From positions 23,314,001 to 23,378,000 of the forward strand of contig NC_087245.1 in the NCBI RefSeq assembly GCF_037042905.1: a stretch of DNA of 64,000 bases. Direction: 5' to 3'. Every line of letters starts with the position of its first letter. The stretch's first letter is position 1. Positions 49,246-63,700 of this stretch are shown here, one piece after another. The position numbers and the translations under genes were made by a program. The notes under the pieces are model-generated. The model saw nothing but the letters and a program-made list of their open reading frames with translations. It searched no databases and was not told where the DNA came from. This stretch comes from Lytechinus pictus. Its lineage: Eukaryota.

Positions 49246-49401
49246 GGGCCCGTTTCATAAAGATTTACAACTGTTGTAACTTTGCCATTATGGCAAATAC
49301 CATGGCAACCTTGATTCTGATTGGCTGCTGAGCCATGTTACCATGGTAGTTGCCATAATGGCAAAGTAACAACAGTTGCAAGTCCTTTGTGAAACGGGCC
49401 C
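49246..49401. mobile_element. Palindromic Harbinger-like MITE (copy 2)
   Basis: CTG|GGGCCCGTTTCATAAAG...CTTTGTGAAACGGGCCC|CAG. Confidence 0.85.
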
Positions 49402-50067
49402 CAGGTCTATTGCTGCAATTATGCCTGTGTTCAATTTCTTCCTTGACTTTACGGCATACGGCATATTTCATTTGCCACAACATATACTTCGGTTATATAT
49501 CATGGTAACAAACATGATTGTGACTAAGTCATCTCGGTATATTCTAATACATGCATCATATTCGTGAGCTATAAGTTCTATCGTTGAAACATCTTAAAGT
49601 TGTCTTAACTCGATAAAATAATTTGTTAAAATATAATATAATAAGCATTTTTGATAATTTATTTGATCTTATAAAAACAGTTGGGCAATAGGAATCAAAT
49701 TCCAATTTGAATTTCAGCTGACCTTTAACCCTACGTGGTATTCCTGCTGGAAAACTATAGTATCATACAGTGTGTTCGCAGTGTGAGAATAGTGGACTGT
49801 GACGATGTGACTCACATTGTTACAACGTTCAGATTTAACAATGTGAAGGTAATTTCACAATTCACTCTGTGAACACCTCCACAGTGCGAGTTTTCACAGT
49901 GTGTTCACATAGTCATGATAGTGGAGTGGACTATGTGAATACGCGATCCACAAAGTCAAATAATAGCGTGGACAAAGTGGTAGATCATTTCTTACTGCGT
50001 TCCATTGTTAAGGAAAATTTTTACTGTCTTCTTTCCAGAAGGGACATACCTGGGTCTATTTTCCAGC

Positions 50068-50423
50068 TCAATGGCAACGATTGCTCATATTGACAGCTTG
50101 CAAGAGGAGAGGAAAGTACTTCATTTTCCCCGGTCCTAAGACATCAGATACAAGTCTGACAACATCTTCCGTGGTTCCGTCAACAGAGCTTCCACAAGCA
50201 GTGTGAAGTTCCTTGCCCTCTGCGGATGACAAGATGTTGTACGCCACGGATGACCTTTCCGTGCCGAGGCGACGCTCAAGGTATATCTTCAAGAGTTCGA
50301 ATTTCCCGCGAAGGTCACAGGTCATCTCGCCAGGCTTCTCCGTTAGAGCATGAAGGAGCTCGGCAATCTCGAAGTCTTGCTTTAACACCATGTCACCGGC
50401 ATGTGTGCGGTCCAGTCTTCTAC
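50068..50423 (-). CDS. NEK-like kinase terminal exon, C-terminal helical domain
   Basis: FELLKIYLERRLGTERSSVAYNIL...VSDVLGPGKMKYFPLLLQAV resembles the NEK1-type C-terminus (LEELRLHLEQEMGFEKF...VQNILG, recalled). Stop at 50068-50070. Confidence 0.8.
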
Positions 50424-53400
50424 CTTGGGTAAAAACACACGTTTATCAGTTCATATCTAATGAAGATAAGCAAAGTGTTTTTTTTTTCTTTAATCCATGA
50501 TAGCAGCTTTATATGCAGAACGTGGCAAAAGCTTAACTAGTTGAACACGAGAGACAATGGTGCGTGTTCTTTCCATTATCATGAAAAATGTGACAATTTT
50601 CTTTTATATAAGTTATCTAAAAATTACATTTTGGGGTAGAAATCCCCCTGTGTCACATTAATCTCTCAAGAACGTATAAATATTTTTGTTAGGAGAACAG
50701 ACAATGCTATTGAGAATTGACGTTATAAAATATCATTCAAAAATATGTTTTACCTGAATGAACTTCTTGCTCTTCTGCAGGTTCAAGGAAGACGTCCTCT
50801 TCATTAGGAGGAATTACGTCAGGTTTTGCTCCAAGACGAGTATCTTTGTTGTTGTTATTCTTCTGCCGAAGGGACTTGGATCTCTGGCTCCTCTGAACGC
50901 TGTCACGAGACCGTCTTCGAAGTGCATTTCTTCTTTTGAATTTTCCAACCGATGTTGAGCTTGGTGAAGCAAAGCTACAGGTGGAGTCGGATGAGATGCT
51001 TTTCATGACAGGCTCCTTTTCATCTCCTGTTTCGGTACAAACCTTGTGGTAGGGAACAATGTCCGCATCATAGTTTAACATGGATGATGTCCTCCTTTCA
51101 ATCCTACATTCACACTGGCCACATTTAGAGGGCGCCTGTACGTCATCCGAGGATAGATGAGGCAGGTTGAGTGTGTATGTACCGTGCTTGATGCGTGTAC
51201 GGGGTCGTGAAGGGCCTTCAGGTGTCTTTGGAAAAAGGCAAGTAATAGGAGCAGATGATCCCTTTCTCGGTCGCTGTGAACTCTTCATTGTTGGTACTGT
51301 TCTTGGGGTTGTGGAAGCCTGGTTGGTTATATGAAAAAAGAAAGGGATGATGACTGTTGTTTTTATAATATAAAAATCGCTTCATCGTTTCATACAGACC
51401 TACATTTTGTTAATTTCATTTTAAAATTTATATAATTATATATTTTTGTATGTTCTTGTACATAATTATTGTCATTACAGTCAATCACTTTTGAGAATAT
51501 TTTGATATAAACAACTTGGCTGAGTCATTATTTGTCCAAGGAATACTAAATAATCACGAAGAGAAATTGAATTGTATTCAGAATGCAAGTTTAAGACCTG
51601 ATGATGTCGTTTTTTACTCATTTTTTTTTCAAACAAACAACAAGGGTATTAATTAAGTGGCCAAAAATTATATTTTTATACTCCTTTTTTCCTCTTTTTT
51701 TTAATTCCCCACGTGTGTCCTTTTATAAATACTTGAAATAATAGAGGCGCTCACCCCAAGGAAGGAAAATATTAAAGGGTAGCAAAAGAATACAAAATCT
51801 CAGAAACTCATCCGGAAATTGTTTCTATATGTGACGAAATTACATTAAACATTTTTTATAGTGGATTTGTACAGTGTCATCGTTTTGAATTCAGCACTGA
51901 TTATGCAACATATCACCGTATAAAGGTAGTCCTACCATCTACGTGAAAATTAGAAAGGGGTTAGAGAATTTACCATGTGATTCTCGGTGGAGGCTGGTGT
52001 CTGAGTCGACTTCACTTCAAGGTGTGTAGATGGCGGTCCACTCTTTCGCCTTGATGTCTTCGCCTTCACCAACCCGCCACAGGACCTTTTATTCTCCCGA
52101 TGGAGTCCCGGCACAGTCTGGATATCATTTCCTGTCATCTCTGAATGGGGGCGCTTTGAGGTTGTACTTTCACCCGAGACAAGCCGAGAGAGAAACTTCG
52201 AATCTTTCACTCGCTCGGGCAGGGATTGGCGCCGTTTTTTCGATGGAATGTCACATGGCATCTCAGGTTGATAACATGGATAAGGTGACTCCAAGGCAAT
52301 TGCAGGAATGCACGACCTTCTTTTTCTTGACATTGTAGATGGTGTGGCATCTGAAATTTTCTTGTGGGACTTTGTCCGGGAAATGGATTCTCCCTTCCTG
52401 TAACGACCGTAAAGTTGTCGATTATCAGCACCGTATCCAGAAGCACCCTCACAAAGGGAGCGTTCGCGAGAGGCAGTCACTGTGGACGTTTTCCCGGATA
52501 GTTTTCTTTGACTCATCGCCCTTTCAGGTCGATGTCGAGATCGGACGGGCGGATCGACGCGGTGGACTGGTTCACTTGCAGAATAATGATGGACAATTCT
52601 TGGTTTAGCTTTCTTTGTGACCCTACAAGTGTCAATGACCACTGGGGAATCAGTCCTTGGTTTCAGCTGTCTGCTTTGTACTATCGGTTTGTCAGACAAC
52701 CGATCAGCTTGGTGGAACCTTCGAACACGTTTGGAAGCATTTTGTGATCTTGGAGGTATTGCGTAAGGGGAATTCGAATACACTTCCTGAAGGTTCTCTC
52801 GATCTTCCTATATTAAACCAGACAGAGAACGGATGATATAGACACTGCTTTCTTGTGTTAAATTTGTTTTATACTTAGTGGAAAATATAAACCAAGGGAA
52901 ACAGTCTTTATTTAGAACTATACCAACCTCGAAATAATGATTTATATGTATGTGCCACCATACAAGGAAACGAACCTTGAACCGACCGAGTCAGTATCGA
53001 TAAGCTCAAATATATATTTAAAAAAAGTGAATTCAATATGAATTTTAGGGGGAATCTTGTTATATCAACCTACGCCCAAAATTCCAAAATCGAATATGAG
53101 CATTACCAGTTTTAGCCTTTTGTTTGAAAAGCCACTCAAGCCATAATACACACATGAATGTTTAATGATCCAATGATCATGTTCAACTTACAGACTTTCT
53201 AGATTTTGCATGACCACGAGTTCCTGTACTTGGAGATGTTGAGGGTGAATTCGGTATGAGTTTTCGTTGGTCGGTGAAAGCCTTGACATATGGCCGTATA
53301 TTATGAGAAGTAAGGATTGCATGTGCAGATGGTCGCATGTTGGGACTCACAGAAAGAAGAACTGCCACAAGCTCCTCGATAACGATTCCATAGGTCCTTC

Positions 53401-54763
53401 CAATGAAACGTGATTGTGTAAAAGAAAAATGTGAAAGGATATTTAAGGATTTATCTAATAATCTAAGACTTTTGTATTTCCCACCATACAGTGAATATAG
53501 TCTATTCCTAGATGATCAAATTTGCATGTGAAGATTTATCGTCTATGTTGTAGGCCATATTGAAAAGACAGTGGGAAACGACATGTTGCATAGATGTTGG
53601 CGCCTTTGAGGCACTTGAACCCTCTACACCTAAATAAAAAGTACTACAACCGAAAACAATGATCTGGAAAAATGATATGTCATTCTTTCAACTTTGGGAA
53701 TATCATGTCAAAATTGAATTCGCCTGACTTTCTATGCCATCGAAGGCAATTTAGCTTATAAAGACAGACTATACTTTATATAATCCAGGACTTTGATAAA
53801 AATGCAAATTATGACTTACGAAATAAATTTGCCATCCATGCATTACTCATTATCATAATCGTAGATCACTCTTTACCACATTTCATCATATCGATTGTCA
53901 GTTTAAAAAATAATCAGAGTTGGTGTTTTCATCGGTAGATAAAACAAATGGGAAGTCTAGTAGGAGTGATTTGAATAAGCTGTGACCATGATGACTAGGC
54001 AAAAAAAAAAAAAAAAAACATTTTACCCGCTAATGCATTTGCTAAGAGGATAAAACCAAATATTCAAGACGATACCAACTTTGAAATAGGGGTGTACAGG
54101 CCTCTTAGTATGCGCATGATGAGGGTAGATAATTCATGTCCTTCGAATGGGCGTGTAAGGGTTACTAATTCATACAGGATACAACCTGCTGCCCACATAT
54201 CACTCTTCTGGTTGTATCTAAAAAAATGTAGACTGTCAAGGAAAACATAATCAAATCAATAGCACTATATATGCATTAGAAAATATAAAATGCTATACAA
54301 TGCAGCTTGAATATACATGTACGTCTGCATGAATTTTGTTAATCAATTGAGTGATTTCAGCAGATTTCAGCAGATATTATGCGTTCAAGCAAACTTCGGG
54401 ATTGAATTCACAATCCAACCTTGTTAGTATGCAAGTAGGCCTATATGCCTATCATCATATCCCTGGTCACTCCCTTAAAATCTTCAAGGAGAGGTCCCGT
54501 TTAGAGGTCAGAAAGTGTTCCTTGGCTTCAGCAACATGGTGGTGGAAGACTAGAACAGACTACCTCAAGAAATAATCGACTCAAAATCTCAAATTCTATT
54601 GATGATTTCATAACTCGACTGGACAAACACTGGAAGACCGAGCGATTCAACCTCTCATAGCCAAACCGTCTTAACCCATGAGCATGTGCAATAAAAAAAA
54701 GATAATTTCAAACTATAGATAGTCTAGACCGAGGATGACAGGATCTACCTCTCCTTGTATCCA

Positions 54764-54796
<33 letters not shown>

Positions 54797-57700
54797 ATAT
54801 AGAGTGATAAAAATATCAATTAAAATGCACACAAGTGTTTAAAATCAATATCCTACAAAACGTGCAAATTCAACTCATGGAGATGAGTTTGTTTTAAAAT
54901 TAGATTTGTATCGGCAGTACGTAACTTCTTTCTTTTCAGACTCGGTTAAGCCTATCATGCCTACGCCGAATGCTAATTGAAATTTAGAAGCTAGCGAATT
55001 AATTCTGGTTCACACCACATTCGGTTCAGTAAACCGTGCCCAAATCCGTATCAAATCACTCGAAGCTAGAACGGATGCATAATAACTGTTCAATCCTGAT
55101 CCTTTTGGTTACTTAACAGTTATACCTCAGTCACATTACCCATACGGCGGTCGTATGGCGACTCTTGGCGAGTCGGAAACAGCCTTTTTAACATTTTTTG
55201 TACCAGATACTACACTCTTAAAATGTTGGGCCACATTCGTTTAAAACATGTATCCAACTCTGGGTAGTTGTTAATACATGTAACCAATATTTGTTTAAAC
55301 TAGCCAGAATTGGATAAAGTTTTAACCAATATTGTTGTGTGGACAGTATGCTGCCCAACATTTTTAAGAGTGTATGTGGTAAGAATAAAACGGCTATTTT
55401 CGACTCGCCCTACGGCCGCCGTAGGGGAAATGTGACTGTGGTATTAACAATTGGTGTGAACAGTCAGTTCCGAATAGCATGAATAGTACGGACAAATTAT
55501 TTCTTCCTACTTTTTATCACCCATACTATAGTGCCATCACCGGAACCAGATTCGGTGTGCAGATAAGGGGCCGGGGGGGGGGGGCTCGGGATGTCATCCC
55601 GTTTAAGATATGATTAGTTACTTTTTGGTATTTTTTCAAAATGTATTACAAGCGAAGTTTTATTATTGACAATATATTTTCTAAGCTCGCTCGCTTCGCT
55701 CGCTTTTGTGAAATTCTACTTCACACGCCATAGTGTGCCCCCTATCGTATTGGCTATCACATCGCATCACCGCATTTGGGAAATGATGCGTGAGACGATC
55801 AAGCGCATCAAAATTAAAACTGCCTAGTATTCTCCTTCACGGTCAGAAGATGACCCACAGAGATAAGAAAAAATGGGGTTTCGGTCTTTATCCTTTCCTT
55901 ACATTTCGCGTGTTCTTGAAGTGATAAATACAGTTTTTGAAATGTTAAGGTGTGAAACCCATTTATTAACGTAAAGGTGATTCACACTATCGATCAGGAG
56001 GTATAATCAACGGGAAAACGATTTGGAGATTTCATGAAGAAAAATACCCTCCCTCCTCTCTACCCATTCTTCTTTATATTTATTGTTTTGAAGCAAATTT
56101 ATTAGCATGCGCAATTTACATTGGATTGAACATTTACAAGAAGGCTTTGTGAGGTAAATTTAAGATTTTATGTGTGAAGTTGGAAAATTCAAGTTTTCAC
56201 ACTGAGATGATTCACAATATTTCCTCAAAAGCTATCTTGAATTTGATCGATGATCCAGGATGACCTTCATAGCCTTATATTAATTTGAATAAGACATGAA
56301 GAAAAGTAAAAAAAATCTATTGAATAACTCAAAATAATGCGGTTGTTTTCGAGAGTTTCTAAGAAAATGTCTTCAACCATTATAATTGCAGAGAGGGAAC
56401 CAAAATCGGTCAACTAAATGCTATCTGATGTAATACCTCTTCGTTTGTCCATTGAGACACTTACTTCTACATGGAATGATTGTCACGCAAACATGTACCC
56501 AGTTAAAGAATATTTTTGACATGTCGGTGAAAATGAAGGGGGCGGTGTCGTCTCTAGCGTACCTGAGAGAACTCTGGATACCTCCTTGTTGTTGTTTTTA
56601 AATGTTTTCAAATGACGAGTTTGACGGGACAGCTCCTAAATTGATGATGAGGGGGGGGGGGTGTCAGAAAATTTTGCTCCTCCTGACGAGGCTTGCTTGC
56701 CACGGCAGGTACGCCACAAGCTATCTGGTTCAATATAAGTGAGTCACGCAATCACACGATGTAAATACGGGGATGTAGGAAGCATTTACTGAGCGCTTTT
56801 AAGTCACAGGACGCCAAGGGCCGTTTCCAGACAGAATTACAACTTACTATGGTAACTTTTAGATTGTACCATGGAAATCTTCCTTGTGATTTGCTCAGGA
56901 CATAATGAGCCCAAATACCAAGGTGGTTAGTCTATCATGAAACAGCCCCCCCCCCCCATGTTCCTCGAGTGTACAATGTTATTTCGAAAACGACAGCGTT
57001 GCCACCAAGCATCAGTAGAGTCTATTGAAGGATCGCTGGCAGGACATACTCCAAACTGGACTCCAAATACATTAAATCAGTAGTGATTTATGGTTTGAAA
57101 TAATAAAGTGTGCATGAAAGTGTTTTATCAATGTGGAATACGTCATGAAAGACATAGGCAAGAAGATTTGAATGTGTTTTTATGCCAGTGACGCGAAAAT
57201 ATGCTTATAACGAACGCTTATGTTGCAGTTTATGTCTACCAAATATCGAAGCCTTCCCAATATGAGGCACTGTTTCGCGTTGTCATGGTAACTATTCGTG
57301 GTAAATTATAGCGCCACTTCCCTCTTTTGAGATTTTACAGCGCTGAAGTATTATACCTATATACATTCGAGGAGAATTAAAAGTGAACATGACAGATAAT
57401 TACGAGAGAACATTGGGGGGAATTAAGTAGTAGATAACGGGGTCCCAAAGGCCTGAATGGATTTGACAATAAGGCAATCAGTGGTTTCACTGACATAGGT
57501 TGTAGAGTTGATGGAACCGGTTGAGCGGGGGAGGGTTGTATTCCTTTGGTTGTATTGGTCAGACGTGGCGTACGTGTCGCGTATAAAAGGCGGCAAGTTC
57601 ATAATCATTACTTAAAGGTCACTTTGGGGGCGATTCCATACGTGTCGTACGGGACATTTTGACAACAATTTTCTAGTTTCCTAGCCGAATGCTTGAGCAA

Positions 57701-60700
57701 TAAAATATTATTTTTTGTCAATGAGAAAACTATAGTGGGTAGTCATGTGAAAAACTAATAACCAACACCAAAAAAAAAAGATTATGGGTAAATTATAGGT
57801 GAAAATGTTGTGTGTCGTACGGGACGCAAGAATGTCCCGTACGACACGCAACATTTTAAGCTCTAATTCACCTATGGACAACATATTTTTGTTGGTTGTC
57901 AGTTTTTTGCATGTCTACCCAGTAGTACTTTAATATTACCACAAAGCAAATTAAAGTTCTTCGTTCGTTTGGACAGCAGGTTGAAAAATGTTGTGAAATT
58001 TGCTGATTTTCTAGCATGGAATCGCCTCTCGCAGAATAATGTATACCCATTTTAGAAGGGGATAATTTCGTTCAAAAGTGCTATTCGATATACAATAAAA
58101 TGTTCCATACCAGTCTGACCAGTGTTCGATGTCACTTGAGACTTCAAAACTTTCGTCCTGTTGCATTGTGTTCACTGTATGCTATACACACTAAGAAATA
58201 GGGGGTAGAACCAAAGGCCAAAGGGGTTGGTGCAATAGTAGCACACAGGGTGCTAATGAGCGCAATAGTGCTCATTTGTGCACCTTTAGGGGTGCTTTTA
58301 GCAATATTAAGTACCATATACACTTTAAGAAACGAAGAGCTACGAAGCGCTAATTTAGCTCTTAAAGAGCGTGTATAGTGACTGGACCTCGGAGTGCTGA
58401 TTTTTCTCGTTCAAATTTGAACTAGACAAATCAGTACTCCGAAGTGCAGTCACTATACACGCTCTTTACGAGCTACATTAGCTCTTCGTTTTCTGTGTAT
58501 GGTGTAGAGACGAACAATATAATAAAGGTGCAAATTTGATTTTTTTTTTTAACGTCAAGTAGGCCTATTCACATTAAAAGGTGAAAAGTTTCAAATTTAA
58601 GGGTGCAAACGAGCATTTTGTTGGTGCAAATAAAATACAAAAGGTGAATTTTTGCACTTTTTTAACTTAGGGTGGAAGGTAATAGCCCAAAAGTTGGGTA
58701 CAAATATTTCATTAAGGTTGCAATTTTTTTTTAATGTGTGTATACCCGGTGCCTGTTTGTCGAAAACGGTTACCATAATTATCTTCATATGTTCTCGATA
58801 ACTCTTTTCAGTTTATCAACATAGATGGTGTTTAATCTTTTTTTTTCAAATCGTCTGATATCGGCATGCATATCATAGATATTAGGGCATTGGTGCGTTA
58901 TCACAAACTTCCGACAAAAACTTCTCACCTTTCCACTGTGGTTTGCCTTGCATTGTCAAAGAAATTGGTGCGTTGTAGCATGGACCTATTAATAGGTCCA
59001 TGGTTGTAGAAAGCGTCCGCATAGTGATTGCAAAAAAAACCTACCTATTTGATTAAAAGGATACGGCTGTCTCTGGCAGATTTCTGGTGATAGGTAATAG
59101 GGTGTACCGATAGTTGTGTTTGCGTGGTCCATGGTATTATGCAACATCTTTGCGATTCCAAAGTCACCCACTTTGATGATGCCTTTTGATGTGAGGAACA
59201 GGTTTGAAGGCTTAAGGTCTATTATGAAGAAATCAGATGATGAAAGGAAGGAATATAATACCAATACCAATTATGAACAGAGTGATTAGTTAGAAATACA
59301 AGATCATCGTGTCGGGGTTGGCGGTGTAACAAATTATAAAAATTATTATTATGGCATCAGAAATTCAAATATATTATGAGGAAATGAATCGGTATTGGTG
59401 GAAGCGTCGTAGTGTAGCGGTTCTGACTCTCGCCTTGCAATCAGAGGGTCGTATGTTCGAATCCCACCGCGGCCTAGGCGTGAATCCACAATATTTACCC
59501 CTCTCCACCCAGGTGTTAAATGGGTACCTGGTAGGATGCGAAAGCCTACTAGCAATTGAGTCTTGATTCCACTCCCCAGGGAGTGGAGAAAGTGCATACA
59601 TCGTGTGCGGGCATGCAATGATCTGATGTCCAGGGTAATAGAAATTGCAATGTAAAGCGCTTAGAAACAAGGTGCAATAAGCGCTATATAAATGTAACTA
59701 TTATTATCGTCATCATGGAAGATATGAAAAGGGAACGTCATACTTTACAATGTTGGCGAATATCTTTATTATAAGGAGGGAGGTATTAATCATGTGAACA
59801 GTCGTTATCATGATGTCATGAATATTTTTCCGCTTCCACCGAAAAGGGTTATATTCATCTCCCTTACACATGTTAAACGTTAAACAACATGGGGTACATA
59901 AAAATAACATTTGTCTGCATGAATGTCTGCATGAGTTGTATTATCAAAATGATAAAAAATGGGATATTCTATCCCATTTTTCTGGCTTAATCAGGGAGTA
60001 TTTCCCCGTCCGATTTCAAATTCAAATAATAAAAGTTGCCTAAAATGTTATTACAATACAGACCCACTTTGAATAATTCGCAACATCCTGTGTAATGAAT
60101 ATTTGCATACTGGCATTTGTTTTCGTATTTTCTGACAAGAACTTTCTCTTTTATCCTTACCTCGATGTAAAACCTTTTCAGAATGTATATAGTAGAGAGC
60201 CAGGCAGAGCTGCACAAACCAGTTCAAGATTTGAGGAGGATGGAAACTGTCCCCAGATAATTTCGCTTCCTCAATTTTCTCCGCTAAATCCCCTGCAACA
60301 ATAGGCAGAATAAAAAAAGTATATTGCAATAGAGCGTGATCGATTAAAGTGAGCATCAGGGTAAAAATTCATTTTTATATTTTTATGATGTAATCACTGC
60401 CGGATCTTTCATTGATATCTAAGGTTACTAAAATCCATATATGTTTATTTGGTAAGATCCGGAAAGTGACTGGAATGACTCACTTTCGAATAGGGGTGTT
60501 GAACACTGCTGTCACGGACGGACGCTTTTGAGAAATATTGATTTGGTCCTATTTTGACAATCATTAGATTGCCTTGAGTTTTGTTTGCAAGTAATTATAG
60601 ATGAGTCACCAAGTGAGTTTGCTAAAATACAAAAAAATATTAGGAAATATTTGTCCAGGAATGGTCATACCGCATTTTTAATATTCATGTTTATATGTAA

Positions 60701-63700
60701 ATTCGTCCGTCCGTGACAGAAAGAAAATTCAAAAGTTGTATGTTCTATTGCTGGAGCAATAAACTTAAACAAAAACATGCTGAGCTATCTCACTAGCAAA
60801 AGACCTAAAGGTGTATGTAAAAAACCCAGATCAATAAATATTCTTATGCGAAAGTTGAATATTGTCACGGACGGACGAAATTTTATCACGGACGGACATT
60901 TGCATTATGTTGCAATGGTATTTGTACACTGCAAAAACGTCGGTGTTGATTTAACACCAGCCCGGAATCTATATATGTCCACACCAGAGAAGTGTTAAAC
61001 AACACCGGTTTTGGTATTAGTCTAACACCAGATAGGTGTTTATACAACACCAATTAGTATTAAAACAGCATCGGTTTGATTAAAAAATATCAGGCGTCAG
61101 CTCTCGAAGACCCCCATTTCATGTCAAATTCCAAATTCCATTTCCCAATTATTCTCATTTTCAGACGACCATCTAGTTCTTATGCCCCCTCCCCCCGTTT
61201 CGAAGCAACTGCAGCTCTTAACGGTATGCCTTTCCAAATCAAAATGCCCCCCCCCCCCCGGGGGTGGTGGGTACTGACCTTCTTCCGATAGTGTAAATAA
61301 AATTGTAAAGATGGCTGTAGTTTGACATAACAAGTATCCATTCATTTTTATTCAAACCACCTAAATGTCGCTCTTACAAAAAAATGTTAAAACGGCTGTT
61401 TTCGACTCGCCGTCGGTCGCCGTATGGGAAACGTGACTGTGCCTACGAATCTTTAAGAAGCTCCAGCATGTCCAGAATGATCGTACTACGAACAATAGGG
61501 TTCCTACGAACACATCGTTATACAAATATTTGGGAATGTAGCTTGTGATACAGTCGAGTCAATAAAGAAGATGAGGGATTACTCTTTCATGATCCGGTAT
61601 ACATTGGCCATCTAAACTTGGGTGACCTTTATATGATACTCGTCTATTCTTCCCAAAAATATAAGTACGTCATAGGATTGATTCTTATAATCTTATGCTC
61701 TCATATGGATCAGTGCCCATGTTCTAGTTACTATGGTTACAGCTTTATGATTTTTTTTTAATACGGAATAGCCCAAGACTATATAATTATACTAAATTAC
61801 ATGTTCGCATGATGACATTACTTGACAAAGTAAGTAAAAACAGGTCTTTGCATACCATATCGAGCATGTCATTTTGAGAAATTGATCCTCTGCTATTGAA
61901 CGAAATTGTGTGGCAAAAGACCTTGCTTGTGATGGTGGCTTTGTTTTTAACAAACGCTTGTCGGAGGTGAAACTTAAAAGAACATATACAAAACGTCAAA
62001 GCTGAAAATAGTTGTCTTGCAGTTGCGTCATGAGCCGAAAGTTTGAGGAGACGGTGTGGCGTATGGGCGGGGGTTAAAAAAGAGAAGGAGCAAGTGACAA
62101 TTTTGGCCCTTAAACATGTATAGGATGGGGGTGGGTGTCTGGATACTTAAAATTATTGAGGCCTCCCCACTAGCGTACCTAAGATTTTCCAGAAGGGGGG
62201 CAAATATTTTGGAGGATATTTCGTCCGCGAAAAAAATTGACAAGCAAAAAAAATATATATATAAGGTCTTCAACCACAAATAAAGGATTTCTTACCACAA
62301 AAAAATTTGACAAGCAAAAAAAAAGGGTCTAAAAACAAAAAAAAAAGGATTCCTAACCAGAAAAAAATTTGGCAAGCAAAAAAAAAAGTCTTCAGTTTCA
62401 AAAGAGGGGGTACACGTCTGTTTTTATAGCATTTTTACATTACAAATTAATAATTTGGCTTCTCAAAAAGGGGGGGGGGCACGTCCCCTGTATCAGTTGT
62501 GACTCGTCAGGGGGGCAGGGATACGTCCCCTGCATGAGTTGTGACTCGTAGTCTGCCCTCTGCCCCCCCCCCCCCTTAGGTACGCTAGTGGGCCTCCCCT
62601 GTTTTGTTTTTGGATTCAAAAAAATGAATTGAAAAATTGTACGCGTCATCAGTATTTTTTCTTTACAATATTGCCCAACATTATTGTACTAAATTGTAAA
62701 AACTATGCGTGAAAATTTTTTCAAATGGCTGTTTGAAATCGATTGTCCGGACACACGACCTGTCCGGACACACATCAACAGGGTACTGAATTCGCTTGCA
62801 GTCATTTACAAACTGAAGAGGATATCGCTCCTTAAACCCCCATCACACTTATTCGGAATCAGCAGGAATCAAGCAGAAGCTGGAACGAAAAAAATATTCA
62901 AAAAATCTAGAAATATTTGGGAGGAACTTATGAATTTACCAAACTGGAGTTCAAATTCAGTAAATTGACCAGGTGAATCATCATACACTAGTCAAAATGA
63001 GCCGCAATGGAGTCAGATTGATAATTCGTGCTACATTCTTGGACATTCTAGGCGCATTCTAAATATTCTGACTGCATTCTGGGTGCATTCGAAATATTTT
63101 TGTCATTTCTTTTGGCCGTCCCGAAGGTTTTGGTCATGTTCAAAACATTCGAGGGGTATTTTCGAACGGTGTTCGAAGTAGATTTAAATGACCAACTGGT
63201 GGTCAAACAATAGTCCTTTCATTCAGGCCAATTCTGCTTGATTCGGAATAAGTGTGATGGGGGCTTTAAGTTCATGCATGGGCGAGAACACATTGAAGAC
63301 ACAATGTTCACTGAAGTTCACATAAGAATGGCTTATTCTGGTTTCAATATGAGCTCATTCAAACATATTAAAATTTGCCTCAATCTGTTGGATATAGATA
63401 ATCTAGATGGGTTAAGAAATATCGGAATTGGTCCCTCAAAATTTTAGTTAATATGATAATTGTCAAAGTATGTTCCACTTGGTTTAGCAATTAACAAAAA
63501 ACACAACTCTTGAACATTCATCAAGGATTGGAGAAAATAAATAATTGTCCCCTGTGGATATTCAAAAATTTCTTTTTTTTTCATTGAAGCCTTGTCTGTG
63601 ATATGAACGGACCTCTCATACATGGCTTGATTGATCCACTGATTTTGACTCAAGGGCCCGAATTCACAAAGGTGGACTAAAGTTATACCGGGGAATAAAA

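Larger units (their letters stand above)
54218..59064 (-). other. U12-type (minor spliceosome) GT-AG intron in NEK gene
   Basis: 5' splice site GTATCCTTTT. Branch-site-like TTTTCCTTGAC at 54235-54245, about 18 nt from the TAG acceptor. Confidence 0.9.

Noticed and set aside
59401..59475. Functional tRNA gene
   Set aside because: Continues into a SINE core and LINE-like tail; stems are imperfect. The tRNA-like sequence at 15870 also has unpaired stems.
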